Assembly (NCBI GenBank): GCA_965208435.1
Contig: OZ242337.1
Location: forward strand, 64,998 to 128,997
Direction: 5' to 3'
Length of the DNA: 64,000 nt
Source of the DNA: Candidatus Aldehydirespiratoraceae bacterium
GTDB taxonomy: Bacteria; Actinomycetota; Acidimicrobiia; Acidimicrobiales; Aldehydirespiratoraceae
The translations under genes and the position numbers were made by a program. Below are positions 17,082-27,465 of the stretch, one piece after another. The notes under the pieces are model-generated. The model searched no databases. It was not told the origin of the DNA and saw nothing but the letters and a program-made list of their open reading frames with translations. Numbering within the stretch: position 1 is the first letter of the stretch; each line of letters begins with the position of its first letter.

Positions 17082-17647
17082 CCGCTTGTCTCTGCCACGA
17101 ATCGGGAGATGCGCTCGATGAAGGCGTCTCGGTGGTGGCGTTCGAACTCTTCCCAGGTGCTCAGCGTTGAAGGGTCGGCCCGGTCAACGAACAGAGTTCC
17201 GTCGAGGTGGTCGCACTCGTGCTGCCAGGTGCCCGCGGTCAGCCCGCGAGCCTGTATGCATCGATGCGTTCCGTCGCGCTCGTAGTAGCGGACACCGACG
17301 TTGACGGAGCGCTCGACTTCACCGCGCAGCGGGACCGAGAGGCACCCTTCGTTGATGACCACCGTCTCGTCGCCAATCACTTCGAGTTGCGGATTGATGG
17401 CGACCGTCAGAGGGATCGAGGGTTTGTAGGGGTAGCGGGGATTGCTGTTCACCTCGAGCACCACGATCCTGCAGGTCTCGCCTATCTGGTTGGCGGCGAG
17501 TCCTGCGCCGTTGGCGTCGCGCATCGTGTCAATCAGGTCGTCGACGATGCCCTGCACCCGCTCTGAGGCAATCTCTCCGGGCGCGACGTCGAGCGCCGGA
17601 GTTCTAAGGAGCGGATGTCCGATGGAGAGTATTTCTCGAACCGTCAT
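17078..17647 (-). CDS. peptide deformylase homologue embedded in the hut operon
   Basis: 189 aa with all three PDF motifs: GAGLAANQIG, EGCLSVP and QHECDHLDG. The stop overlaps the hutF start by 4 nt, and the start lies 13 nt after the hutU stop. Confidence 0.85.
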   Translation of the reverse strand: MTVREILSIGHPLLRTPALDVAPGEIASERVQGIVDDLIDTMRDANGAGLAANQIGETCRIVVLEVNSNPRYPYKPSIPLTVAINPQLEVIGDETVVINEGCLSVPLRGEVERSVNVGVRYYERDGTHRCIQARGLTAGTWQHECDHLDGTLFVDRADPSTLSTWEEFERHHRDAFIERISRFVAETSG

Positions 17648-17660
17648 TGCGGGTGCGTCC

Positions 17661-19364
17661 TCAACTCGGCGACAGGTGCCGCGACTGGTCGGACATGGGT
17701 ATCTGCACGCCGCGCTCGGCGGCCACGATTCGAGCCTGGTCGTAACCGGCGTCTGCGTGCCGCATCACTCCGGTGGCGGGGTCGTTGAGCAGGACCCGCT
17801 CCAGCTTCTGCGCGGCCAGGTCGGTTCCGTCGGCGACACTCACCTGCCCTGCATGGATCGAGCGACCGATCCCGACACCGCCGCCATGATGGATACTCAC
17901 CCAGGAGGCGCCTGAGGAGGTGTTGACCAGGGCGTTGAGCAGTGGCCAGTCGGCGATGGCGTCGCTGCCGTCTGCCATGTCCTCGGTCTCTCGGTAGGGC
18001 GAGGCGACCGAACCAGAGTCGAGATGGTCCCGACCGATCACAATCGGTGCACGGAGCTCCCCGGAACGGACCATCTCGTTGAAACGGAGACCCAGGCGGT
18101 GGCGCTCGCCGTAGCCCAGCCAGCAGATTCGTGCGGGCAGACCCTGGAACGCCACCCTCTCGGCCGCCAGTTTGATCCAACGAGCCAAGCCCTCATCCTC
18201 GGGGAATTCAGCGAGCACGGCACGGTCGGTTGCTGCGATGTCTGCTGGATCGCCCGACAGTGCCACCCAGCGAAACGGACCCTTCCCCTCGCAGAAAAGC
18301 GGGCGGATGTACGCGGGGAGGAATCCCGGGTAGTCGAAGGCGCGGTCGCAGCCGGCAAGGGCGGCTTCGGCTCGAAGGCTGTTGCCGTAGTCGAACACCT
18401 CCGCACCGGCGTCGAGGAACCCGACCATCGCCTCGACATGGGCAGCCATGGCGTTTCGGGAGCGGCGTATGAACTCCTCAGGCTGGGTGTTGCGCGTCTG
18501 CTCGACTGCTTCGGGCGCCAGATCGTTGGGGATGTAGGACAGGGGGTCGTGCGCGGAGGTCTGATCGGTGACGATGTCGGCGGCGACACCGTCGGCCAGG
18601 AGTCTCGGAACGATGTCCGCAGCGTTGCCGACCAACCCGACCGACAGCGGCCGCCGGTCTGCGACGGCCTGCTCACAGACTCGCAGAGCTTCGGTGTAGT
18701 CCTCGGCGACGAGATCGAGGTAACGGGTCTGCACTCGTCGCGCGGCACGTTCAGGGTCGACTTCGATGCACAGCGCCACTCCGTCGTTCATGGTGATCGC
18801 CAGTGGTTGGGCGCCTCCCATTCCACCGAGACCGGCGGTGACCGTGAGGGTGCCTGCCAACGAACCGCCGAAACGCTTGCGGGCGATGGCAGCGAAGCAC
18901 TCGTAGGTGCCTTGCAGGATCCCCTGTGTGCCGATGTAGATCCAAGAACCGGCGGTCATCTGTCCGTACATGGTCAGACCGAGGTGTTCGAGGCGCCGAA
19001 ACTCGTCCCATGTGCCCCACTGCGGAACGAGGTTCGAGTTTGCGATGAGGACCCGCGGCGCCCACTCGTGCGTGCGCAGCACCCCGACGGGCTTTCCGGA
19101 CTGCACCAACATCGTCTCGTCGTCGCCGAGCGTGGCAAGAGTCTTGATCATGGCGTGGTAGGCGTCCCATGAGCGTGCAGCGCGACCGGTGCCCCCGTAC
19201 ACGACGAGATCGTCGGGGCGTTCGGCGACGTCTGGGTCCAGGTTGTTCTGGAGCATCCTGAACGCTGCTTCCTGGGGCCAGTCGCGGCAAGTCAACGCAG
19301 AACCTGTCGGAGCCGCCACACCTGATTGCGGTGCCCTTGAACTCTGCTCTTGGGTGACGTTCAT
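17661..19364 (-). CDS. hutU: urocanate hydratase
   Basis: Contains [41 protein letters not shown] and is HutU-like over its length. I prefer the ATG at 19364 (MNVTQEQ) to the track start at 19451. Confidence 0.9.
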   Translation of the reverse strand: MNVTQEQSSRAPQSGVAAPTGSALTCRDWPQEAAFRMLQNNLDPDVAERPDDLVVYGGTGRAARSWDAYHAMIKTLATLGDDETMLVQSGKPVGVLRTHEWAPRVLIANSNLVPQWGTWDEFRRLEHLGLTMYGQMTAGSWIYIGTQGILQGTYECFAAIARKRFGGSLAGTLTVTAGLGGMGGAQPLAITMNDGVALCIEVDPERAARRVQTRYLDLVAEDYTEALRVCEQAVADRRPLSVGLVGNAADIVPRLLADGVAADIVTDQTSAHDPLSYIPNDLAPEAVEQTRNTQPEEFIRRSRNAMAAHVEAMVGFLDAGAEVFDYGNSLRAEAALAGCDRAFDYPGFLPAYIRPLFCEGKGPFRWVALSGDPADIAATDRAVLAEFPEDEGLARWIKLAAERVAFQGLPARICWLGYGERHRLGLRFNEMVRSGELRAPIVIGRDHLDSGSVASPYRETEDMADGSDAIADWPLLNALVNTSSGASWVSIHHGGGVGIGRSIHAGQVSVADGTDLAAQKLERVLLNDPATGVMRHADAGYDQARIVAAERGVQIPMSDQSRHLSPS

Positions 19365-19475
19365 GCAATCGCGGTTCCCTGTTGTTGTCGGTCTGCAACT
19401 GAGACGTTTGCATCGTAGCAACAATCTGCTTATGCTGCCAACTACTAACATCTAGTTTCAGGTATTGAAATCACC

Positions 19476-20198
19476 ATGAACTCAACTCGTGTCCTGTCTG
19501 ACAACAGCTCTTCTTCAACGCTGCACAGCTCGCGCTCTGCTGAACGGGTGCTGAACCTCCTCGATACTGTGGCGAGCAGCGGCGCAATCAGTCTCACTGC
19601 TGCTGCCGCCCAGGTCGACCTGCCCACGAGCACGGCGTTACGCCACTTGCGCCTGTTGACGAATCAGGGCTTCCTGATCAGAGACGACCAAGGCTTGTAC
19701 TCAGTGGGACCGGCCTTTGTGCGCATGGCGCTGGCATCGCATCAGCGGGGCCCCTACGCCCGCCTGACTGCACTGGCGCAGCCTGGGCTTGAGAGACTCG
19801 TTGAGGACACCGAAGAATCTGCGTATCTGGCTGTTCGAGACGGTGCCGAGGCGGTCTACATAGCCACCGCTGAGAGTCGACGAGCTATCCGCCACGTCGG
19901 CTGGGTGGGCAGATCGGTTCCATTGGACGGAACCGCGGTTGGAGAAGCACTCCTTGCGTCCGCCGAGACACCTGGATCACGACCTGAACTGCATTTCAAT
20001 ACCGGAGCCATCGAGCCCGACGTAACGGCCGTGGTGGCACCGATCTACGGCCCGTCGCAGGTTGTGGGCGCCCTGTCGCTGCTGGGGCCCGCTGATCGCC
20101 TTGCCAACGAACGATTGCATGGCGCAGCTGAGGCAATAGCGGACGTCGCGGCAGATGTATCACTCGCTCTCTTTTCACCCGATCGACCTTCACGATGA
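19476..20198 (+). CDS. IclR-family transcriptional regulator
   Basis: 240 aa. N-terminal wHTH (SAERVLNLLDTVASSGAISLTAAAAQVDLPTSTALRHLRLL) plus an IclR effector domain. Divergent from hutU, with an ATGA overlap into hutH. Confidence 0.85.
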   Translation: MNSTRVLSDNSSSSTLHSSRSAERVLNLLDTVASSGAISLTAAAAQVDLPTSTALRHLRLLTNQGFLIRDDQGLYSVGPAFVRMALASHQRGPYARLTALAQPGLERLVEDTEESAYLAVRDGAEAVYIATAESRRAIRHVGWVGRSVPLDGTAVGEALLASAETPGSRPELHFNTGAIEPDVTAVVAPIYGPSQVVGALSLLGPADRLANERLHGAAEAIADVAADVSLALFSPDRPSR

Positions 20199-21721
20199 CC
20201 GTGGAACTCGACGGGGCTGGAGTCACGATCCCTCAAGTCGTGGCAGTCGCCCGCCGCGGCGAGGGAGTCCGACTGAGCGAAACGGCGCTACAGCGGATGA
20301 CCGCGTCGCGTGGCATCGTTGAACGTCTCGCCGACGGGGACCCCGCATACGGGGTGTCCACGGGTTTCGGTGCCCTTGCCAACACGGCGATCCCACCTGA
20401 TCGACGCGCCGATCTGCAACGCGCCCTGATTCGCTCCCACGCGGCCGGCATGGGTCTCGCCGTCGACGCCGAGGTCGTTCGGGCGATGATGTTCCTGCGA
20501 ACTCGGACCCTGGCGCTCGGAGCTTCAGGTGCTCGACCCCTGGTCGCCCAGACACTGGCAGAACTGATCAACGCCGGCATCGTTCCGCTGGTTCCCGAAC
20601 ACGGATCGCTTGGTGCCAGCGGCGATCTCGCCCCATTGGCCCATGCCGCGCTGGTACTCATGGGCGAAGGCGCCGTTCTCACCGACGATGGAACAATCAG
20701 CGGCGCAACGGCATTGAGCCGAGCCGGGATTGAGCCCTTGGAGTTGGCAGAGAAGGAGGGTCTGGCCCTGACCAACGGCACCGACGGCATTCTGGCGATG
20801 CTGTGTCTTGCGGTCCACGACGCTTCGCACCTGCTCACCGTGGCTGACATAGTCGCCGCCTGCAGCGTCGAGGCACTGTTGGCCACCGATCGGGCATTCG
20901 CTGCCGACCTCTTGGCGCTGCGACTCCATCAGGGCCAGCAGGCGAGCGCTGCGAACCTCCGAGCGGTGCTGTCAGGTTCACCGATAGTCGCGAGCCATCG
21001 CCACGACGACGACCGTGTGCAGGACGCATACTCGGTGCGCTGCACGCCCCAGGTGCACGGAGCGGCTCGCGACACCCTGCGATTCGTCAACGAAGTCGCT
21101 GACTGCGAGCTTGCTTCGGCGATCGACAATCCAATGGTTCTTCCCGACGGAAGGATCGAGTCCTGCGGCAACTTTCACGGCGCTCCCGTCTCCATGGCCG
21201 CGGACTACTTGGCGATCGCCTTGGCCGAGACGGGCGCGATCGCGGAGCGGCGACTCGACCGGATGCTCGACCCGGCGCGCTCCCATGGTCTCCCGCCGTT
21301 CCTGGCCGACGACCCCGGCGTGGACAGCGGCCTGATGATCGGCCAGTACACCGCTGCGGCCATGTGCTCTGAGAACCGTCGGTTGGCCTCCCCCGCTTCA
21401 GTCGACTCTCTGCCGACCTCGGCCATGCAGGAGGACCATGTATCGATGGGTTGGGGAGCTGCGCGCAAGCTGCGCCGCGTCGTGGACAACCTCCGTCGTG
21501 TCCTCGCTGTCGAATGGGTCGCCGCGGCCCGCGCGATCGAATTGCGAGAGCCACTCGAACCGGCCGACGCAACAGCCGCGGCCGTGGCGCTGTTGCGCTC
21601 CCAAGTCGCCGGACCCGGTGCCGACCGCTGGTTGTCACCGGAACTTCAAGCAGCCGAACAACTCCTAGCAGGCGAGACCCTGGTGGGCGCGGTCGAGTCA
21701 GTCACCGGTCCCCTCGCCTGA
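20195..21721 (+). CDS. hutH: histidine ammonia-lyase
   Basis: 508 aa with the MIO-forming GSLGASGDLAPLAH motif. Confidence 0.9.
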   Translation: MTVELDGAGVTIPQVVAVARRGEGVRLSETALQRMTASRGIVERLADGDPAYGVSTGFGALANTAIPPDRRADLQRALIRSHAAGMGLAVDAEVVRAMMFLRTRTLALGASGARPLVAQTLAELINAGIVPLVPEHGSLGASGDLAPLAHAALVLMGEGAVLTDDGTISGATALSRAGIEPLELAEKEGLALTNGTDGILAMLCLAVHDASHLLTVADIVAACSVEALLATDRAFAADLLALRLHQGQQASAANLRAVLSGSPIVASHRHDDDRVQDAYSVRCTPQVHGAARDTLRFVNEVADCELASAIDNPMVLPDGRIESCGNFHGAPVSMAADYLAIALAETGAIAERRLDRMLDPARSHGLPPFLADDPGVDSGLMIGQYTAAAMCSENRRLASPASVDSLPTSAMQEDHVSMGWGAARKLRRVVDNLRRVLAVEWVAAARAIELREPLEPADATAAAVALLRSQVAGPGADRWLSPELQAAEQLLAGETLVGAVESVTGPLA

Positions 21722-21972
21722 GACTGTCCAGTTCAGGCGCACGGCCCGACGCTCCTCAACGCGAAGCGGTCGTACCCCCGGCTCTCGGGGCCGTGCAGAT
21801 CCGGTACCGGGTCGGGCGGAGTCGTGATCCCACTCATCGTCGGCCGCGCCTCCCGTCCAGAAGCGCTGGATCTCCCGACAGGAACACACTCCTCGATTGC
21901 GGTCGTTGTCGGTGACCCCGCGCTAGTAGGCTCCGGTGGCTCTTTACCGACAGATACGAAGAGGATTGACCG

Positions 21973-23958
21973 TTGTTGCCCGAAGAACTTGCAGGTGCCT
22001 ATTCGGTCATCGCCAAGAACTACGCCTGGTCGTGGTCCGATCAGGCAAGGCTGCTGTTCGACCGACTCCCGACCTCTCAGAATGGTGACCATCCCCTGAC
22101 TGCTGTCGAGCGGATGACGCCGGCTGATTGGGCCGGTCTCGCCGAAGAGGCCGAAACGGTTGCCTCGTTGTCGCAGGTGAGCAGGGAGATCGCCGCGCTC
22201 AAAGCCGATCCGGCATCGGCTCCTGACATCGCCTACTTCTCGCCCGAGTTCGGTATCGCCGACGTCCTGGCACAGTATTCGGGCGGCCTCGGCATTCTCG
22301 CGGGCGACCATCTCAAGGCTGCCAGCGACCTCGACGTCCCGCTGTGCGGTGTGGGGTTGTTCTATCGCGAGGGGTTCTTCCGCCAGAAGATTGCGCAGCA
22401 GTCCCAGCGCGAACACTATGAGCGGCAGGATCCCGAGAGTCTCGGCGCCACCGATACCGGGATCGTGATCACCGTGCCGCTCTTCGGTCGCGACGTTGCG
22501 GCCTGCCTATGGCGCTTCAACGTCGGGCGGATTCCATTGATCCTCCTCGACACCGACATCGACGGCAACATTGAATCCGACCGCAGAATCACCGATCGGC
22601 TCTACAGCGGAGACCGACGGCACCGGCTGGCCCAGGAGGTCGTTCTCGGGGTGGGCGGAATGCGAGCATTGGCCGCGCTCGGATGGAACGTCCCCGTGCT
22701 CCACCTCAACGAGGGGCATGCAGGTTTCTTGATTCTTGAACTGCTCGACCGGGAGGTCCGCACAGGCACCACCCTCGACGAGGCAATCAGTGCCGTCAGG
22801 CCCCGGCTGGTCTTCACAACGCACACCCCGGTACCCGCCGGGATCGACCGTTTCGAAGAACCGCTCATCGCCCCGCTGCTGAAGTTCTGGGCCGACCGCT
22901 GGAACGTCCCGCTGGAAACGGTACTGGCGTTCGGCCACGACCCTGACGATGAGCGTGACCAGTTCAACATGGCGGCACTGTGCCTGCGCTTCGCCGGGCG
23001 CACCAACGGGGTGTCGAAGCTCCACGGCAAGGTCAGCCGAGAGCTGTTCGCCTCCATCCCCGGCGGCAAGGAGATCGGCTCGATCACCAACGGCGTGCAT
23101 GCCCGCACCTGGGTCATGCCCGAAACCCAGGAGACCTTCGACAAGGTCCTGGGCCCGGGCTGGACCCACGGCGACAAGGCCGCATGGGAGCGGATCGAAG
23201 ACCTCGACGACAACGCCGTCCGAACTCTGCGCTGCACAGGCATCGAACTGCTGGATGCACAGACCCGCTCTCGTGCCGGCGTCCGACTTGATCCCGGAGC
23301 TCTGACGATCGGTTTCGCTCGCCGGTTCGCGACCTACAAACGGGCCAACCTGCTGCTGCGTGAAATCGATAGATTGTGCGCTCTGCTCGCTGACGACGAA
23401 CGGCCCGTCCAGTTCGTGTTCGCAGGCAAGGCCCACCCCGCGGACACCGAAGGCAAGCAACTTCTGCACGAGATCGTCAGGTTCAGCCAGTCTCCGGCCT
23501 CACAGCAGCGGTTCGTCTTCATCCCCGGCTATGACATGACCGTTGCAAAAGCGATGTACGCGGGCTGCGACGTCTGGCTCAACAACCCGATCCGTCCCCA
23601 CGAGGCCTGCGGAACGAGCGGCGAGAAATCGGCGCTGAACGGAGGACTCAACTTCTCGATCAGTGACGGTTGGTGGGATGAGATGGCCGACGGCCGCAAC
23701 GGCTGGACGATCGAATCAAGCGACGACCCGGATCCAGAGGCGCGCGACGATGCAGAGGCGGCAGCGATCCTCGATCTTCTCGAGAATCAGATCGTCCCGG
23801 AGTTCTTCGACGGCGGACAGCCCTGCTCGCAAATCTGGATCGCGCGGATGCGCCATGGATGGCGCACGCTCGGCACTCAGGTGACTGCCGGACGGATGGT
23901 CTCAGAATACGAACAGACGCTGTACCGGCCGGCGCTCCACGAGGCCCGCCGCCTGTGA
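21973..23958 (+). CDS. glgP: alpha-glucan phosphorylase (GT35, GlgP/MalP-type)
   Basis: Contains YFSPEFG...YSGGLGILAGDHLKAASDL. TTG start with an AGAGGA RBS. Confidence 0.85.
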   Translation: MLPEELAGAYSVIAKNYAWSWSDQARLLFDRLPTSQNGDHPLTAVERMTPADWAGLAEEAETVASLSQVSREIAALKADPASAPDIAYFSPEFGIADVLAQYSGGLGILAGDHLKAASDLDVPLCGVGLFYREGFFRQKIAQQSQREHYERQDPESLGATDTGIVITVPLFGRDVAACLWRFNVGRIPLILLDTDIDGNIESDRRITDRLYSGDRRHRLAQEVVLGVGGMRALAALGWNVPVLHLNEGHAGFLILELLDREVRTGTTLDEAISAVRPRLVFTTHTPVPAGIDRFEEPLIAPLLKFWADRWNVPLETVLAFGHDPDDERDQFNMAALCLRFAGRTNGVSKLHGKVSRELFASIPGGKEIGSITNGVHARTWVMPETQETFDKVLGPGWTHGDKAAWERIEDLDDNAVRTLRCTGIELLDAQTRSRAGVRLDPGALTIGFARRFATYKRANLLLREIDRLCALLADDERPVQFVFAGKAHPADTEGKQLLHEIVRFSQSPASQQRFVFIPGYDMTVAKAMYAGCDVWLNNPIRPHEACGTSGEKSALNGGLNFSISDGWWDEMADGRNGWTIESSDDPDPEARDDAEAAAILDLLENQIVPEFFDGGQPCSQIWIARMRHGWRTLGTQVTAGRMVSEYEQTLYRPALHEARRL

Positions 23959-26081
23959 GCGTGTGGCCCGGTCGCCTGTACCCGCTCGGCGCGACTTTCG
24001 ACGGTCAGGGAACCAACTTCGCGGTCTATTCCGAGGTCGCAGACCACATTGAGGTCTGCCTCTTCTCGGCCGACGGACACGAGCGGCGCCTGCGGCTCCC
24101 AGAAGTCACAGCCTTCGTCCACCACGGATACGTCCCCGGCGTCGGACCGGGCCAACGCTACGGATTCCGGGTGTCCGGTCCTTGGGATCCGAACCGAGGG
24201 CTGTGGTGCAATCCGGCCAAGCTGCTGGTCGATCCCTATGCCAAGGCCATCAGCGGGGACCTCCGTTGGGGCCCCGAGGTCTACGGTTTCGACTCCGGGG
24301 AACCCGGAGCGCCCGACCATCGCGACAGCGCCGCGTTCATGCCCAAGGCGGTGGTCATCGACCCGGCCTTCGACTGGGGGGACGACTGCGCACCGGACAC
24401 GCCGCTCCACCGGACCGTCGTCTACGAGACCCACGCACGCGGCATCTCGGCCACGCATCCCGAGGTGCCCGAAGAACTGCGGGGCACCTACGCAGCGATG
24501 GCCTCAGAACCGGTGCTCGAACACCTGCTCTCGCTGGGAGTGACCGCCGTTGAACTGTTGCCGGTCCACCACTTCGTGTCGGAGCACACGCTCGTCAAAC
24601 AGGGCCTGAGGAACTACTGGGGTTACAACACGCTGGGATTCTTCGCGCCCCACGGGCCCTACGCGTCGAGCGGCGACACAGGTGAGCAGGTTGTCGAGTT
24701 CAAGGCGATGGTCAAAGCACTGCACCAGGTCGGGATCGAAGTGATCCTCGACGTGGTCTACAACCACAGCGCCGAAGGGAACCACCTCGGTCCGCTGTTG
24801 TCGTTCAAGGGCCTCGACAACAGCTCCTACTACCATCTGAACCCCGACAATCAGGCTGAGTACGTCGATTTCACCGGTACGGGCAATACCTTGAACATGG
24901 GCAATGCCCAGTCGCTCCAGTTGATGATGGACAGCCTTCGATACTGGGTCCTCGACATGCGCGTCGACGGCTTCCGCTTCGACCTCGCGCCTGCCCTGGC
25001 GCGCAGCCTCTACCACGTGGACCGTCTGTCGTCGTTCTTCGACCTCATCCACCAGGACCCCGTCATCAACCGGGTCAAGTTGATCGCGGAACCATGGGAC
25101 GTTGGACCCGGCGGTTACCAGGTCGGCGGCTTCCCCCCGAAATGGTCGGAGTGGAACGCAAAGTACCGCGACGACGTCCGAGAGTACTGGCGCAGCGACC
25201 ACGAGAGTCTTCCCGACCTCGCCACCCGCCTTACCGGAAGCTCCGACCTGTACGCCGCATCCGGGAGACGCCCCTTCGCGAGCATCAACTTCATCACCGC
25301 CCACGACGGGTTCACCCTCGCCGACCTCGCGGCCTACGACCACAAGCACAACGAGGCCAACGGAGAGGGCAACCGCGACGGGGAGTCCCACAACAGATCC
25401 TGGAACTCCGGGGTCGAGGGTCCGACCCAGGACCGCTCGATACTGCAGGTACGCGATGCTCGACGACGGTCGATGCTGGCGACTCTGTTGTTGTCCCAGG
25501 GAGTCCCGATGCTGTTGGGCGGCGATGAACTGGGACGCACCCAGCGCGGCAACAACAACGCGTATGCCCAGGACAACGAGGTGTCATGGTACGACTGGGA
25601 CAACATCGACGAGGAGTTCCTCGCCTTCACCAGACGACTGATCGCGTTCAGAGCCGCCCATCCGGTTTTCCGCCGCAGGCACTGGTTCAAGGGCGAACCG
25701 GTCGACGGCCACGAAATCGACGACATGATCTGGTTCACCGCGCAGGGTTCTGAGATGACCCGCCATGACTGGGAGACGGGCCACAATCTCTCGGTAGCGG
25801 TGTTCTTGAACGGTGAAGCGATCACCGCTGTCGGGTCGCGCGGTGAGCGGATCCTCGACGACAGTTTCTTGATGTTGTTCAACTCGAGACCCCACCCGGT
25901 GAACTTCACGCTGCCTGATCGCCTTGGGCCTGGCCTGGGCCACTTCGAGTGGTCTGTCGAGATTGACACCGCTGAAAGCAATATCGCTGAGATCAAGCAT
26001 GCGGGGCCGGTGCGTTCGGCCTCTAGGATCGAGGTCGGCGCGTGGGCGCTGACGGTGCTCCGCAGGGAGGAGCCGACATGA
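23955..26081 (+). CDS. glgX: glycogen debranching enzyme
   Basis: GH13 blocks DVVYNHSAEGN, VDGFRFDLA, AEPWD and FITAHDGFTL. The GTG start overlaps the glgP stop (GTGA). The track start at 23859 is an upstream extension. Confidence 0.9.
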   Translation: MSVWPGRLYPLGATFDGQGTNFAVYSEVADHIEVCLFSADGHERRLRLPEVTAFVHHGYVPGVGPGQRYGFRVSGPWDPNRGLWCNPAKLLVDPYAKAISGDLRWGPEVYGFDSGEPGAPDHRDSAAFMPKAVVIDPAFDWGDDCAPDTPLHRTVVYETHARGISATHPEVPEELRGTYAAMASEPVLEHLLSLGVTAVELLPVHHFVSEHTLVKQGLRNYWGYNTLGFFAPHGPYASSGDTGEQVVEFKAMVKALHQVGIEVILDVVYNHSAEGNHLGPLLSFKGLDNSSYYHLNPDNQAEYVDFTGTGNTLNMGNAQSLQLMMDSLRYWVLDMRVDGFRFDLAPALARSLYHVDRLSSFFDLIHQDPVINRVKLIAEPWDVGPGGYQVGGFPPKWSEWNAKYRDDVREYWRSDHESLPDLATRLTGSSDLYAASGRRPFASINFITAHDGFTLADLAAYDHKHNEANGEGNRDGESHNRSWNSGVEGPTQDRSILQVRDARRRSMLATLLLSQGVPMLLGGDELGRTQRGNNNAYAQDNEVSWYDWDNIDEEFLAFTRRLIAFRAAHPVFRRRHWFKGEPVDGHEIDDMIWFTAQGSEMTRHDWETGHNLSVAVFLNGEAITAVGSRGERILDDSFLMLFNSRPHPVNFTLPDRLGPGLGHFEWSVEIDTAESNIAEIKHAGPVRSASRIEVGAWALTVLRREEPT

Positions 26082-27457
26082 GAGTGCTGCTGGCAGCCGC
26101 GGAGATGGCTCCAGTCGCCCGGGTGGGCGGACTGGCCGAAGCCGTCAGCGGCCTCGTGCGGGCACTGCGGGACCAGGGCGTCGAGGTCGAGGTGGTGCTG
26201 CCCGACTACGGGGACGTAAAGCTGCAAAGCCAGTCAGAAACGGAGCTCGAGTCTCCCTGGTGGACCGGTCCGACCCTCCTGCGCAGCGGGAGTCACCGCG
26301 CCGCTGGAAACCTCACTCTGGTCGACGTCACGGGCATGGCCCGCCCCCATCCCTACATCGACGAACATGGCCAGGGTTGGCCCGACAACGACCACCGCTT
26401 CATGGCTTTCGCCGCGGCTGTAGCCGCCCTCACCAGACACAGAAAACCCGATGTCCTGCATCTCAACGACTGGCACAGCGCAGCCGCGTTGGGGATGCTC
26501 GCGGCTCCACCGCCGACCGTCCTCACCATCCACACCCTGGGTTACCAGGGGCACGCCCCGCGCACCTGGCTCGAGCACCTGCCGGTCGGAACCCATCACT
26601 TCTCCTGGTACGAGGGGTGCAATCCGTTGGCAGGCGCGATCGCCCTGGCTGATCGGGTGATCGCGGTCAGCCCCAACTATGCGCGCGAAATCGTCACGCC
26701 CGAGGGCGGTATGGGTCTGGACGGGCGACTCAAAGCGATCGGAGACCGCCTGGTGGGGATCCGCAACGGGATCGACACCGCAACCTGGAGCCCCACGGCA
26801 GACCCACTCATCGCAGCCCCCTTCGAGGCCACTGATCTCTCCGGGCGTGAGGTCTGTCGTGACCAGTTGATCGAACTCGCCGGTTGGTCGGCACCGAAAC
26901 CTGCGATTGTGGCCGCTGTCACCCGTCTGGTCGACCAGAAGGGGATCGACCTGCTGGTTGAGGCAGCCCATTATCTCGAGGGGATGCCGGCTCGGCTCGC
27001 CGTCCTCGGCGCGGGAGACGCGTCTCTGGCTGCCGCACTGCACGAACTGGCGAGCGAGCATCCCGAGAGCGTCTTCTTCGCCGAGGGTTACGACGAAGCG
27101 CTCGGCCACGCCCTGTTCGCGGGATCGGACCTGTTCGTGATGCCCAGTCGATTCGAGCCGTGCGGTCTGGCACAGATGCAGGCCATGCGCTACGGGTCAT
27201 TACCGGTGGTCACCGATGTCGGCGGGTTGCACGACACCGTCGTCGACGCCGACGCCCACACCGACGGAACCGGTTTCGTGACCGACGTCAGCGCGGCGGG
27301 GATTGTCGACGGGCTCCATCGAGGCGTGCGTTCACTGCGCAACGCCAATCGCCGGCGGGCCATACAGTCCCGAGGAATGTCGATCGACTGGTCGTGGGAC
27401 GTACCTGCCTCTCAACACATAGATCTCTATCAGGAGTTGCTCGACCAACGCGCCTGA
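26078..27457 (+). CDS. glgA: glycogen synthase (ADP-glucose type)
   Basis: N-terminus MRVLLAAAEMAPVARVGGLAEAV with a GT5 architecture. ATGA overlap with glgX. Confidence 0.9.
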   Translation: MRVLLAAAEMAPVARVGGLAEAVSGLVRALRDQGVEVEVVLPDYGDVKLQSQSETELESPWWTGPTLLRSGSHRAAGNLTLVDVTGMARPHPYIDEHGQGWPDNDHRFMAFAAAVAALTRHRKPDVLHLNDWHSAAALGMLAAPPPTVLTIHTLGYQGHAPRTWLEHLPVGTHHFSWYEGCNPLAGAIALADRVIAVSPNYAREIVTPEGGMGLDGRLKAIGDRLVGIRNGIDTATWSPTADPLIAAPFEATDLSGREVCRDQLIELAGWSAPKPAIVAAVTRLVDQKGIDLLVEAAHYLEGMPARLAVLGAGDASLAAALHELASEHPESVFFAEGYDEALGHALFAGSDLFVMPSRFEPCGLAQMQAMRYGSLPVVTDVGGLHDTVVDADAHTDGTGFVTDVSAAGIVDGLHRGVRSLRNANRRRAIQSRGMSIDWSWDVPASQHIDLYQELLDQRA

Positions 27458-27465
27458 GCGCCCGC

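Noticed and set aside
19365-19475. Possible IclR operator in the hutU / iclR-hutH divergent region (GCAAC occurs twice, plus a GCCAAC variant; TGCAAC-N7-GTTTGCA partial palindrome)
   Set aside because: The repeats are short and imperfect. Without comparative or binding data I cannot distinguish them from chance, so no regulatory feature is called.
21733-22416. 227-aa minus-strand ORF between hutH and glgP
   Set aside because: Most of it overlaps the glgP N-terminus, which is clearly coding (YFSPEFG... block). No motif was recognised. The non-overlapping 240 bp (21722-21972) has no convincing ORF.
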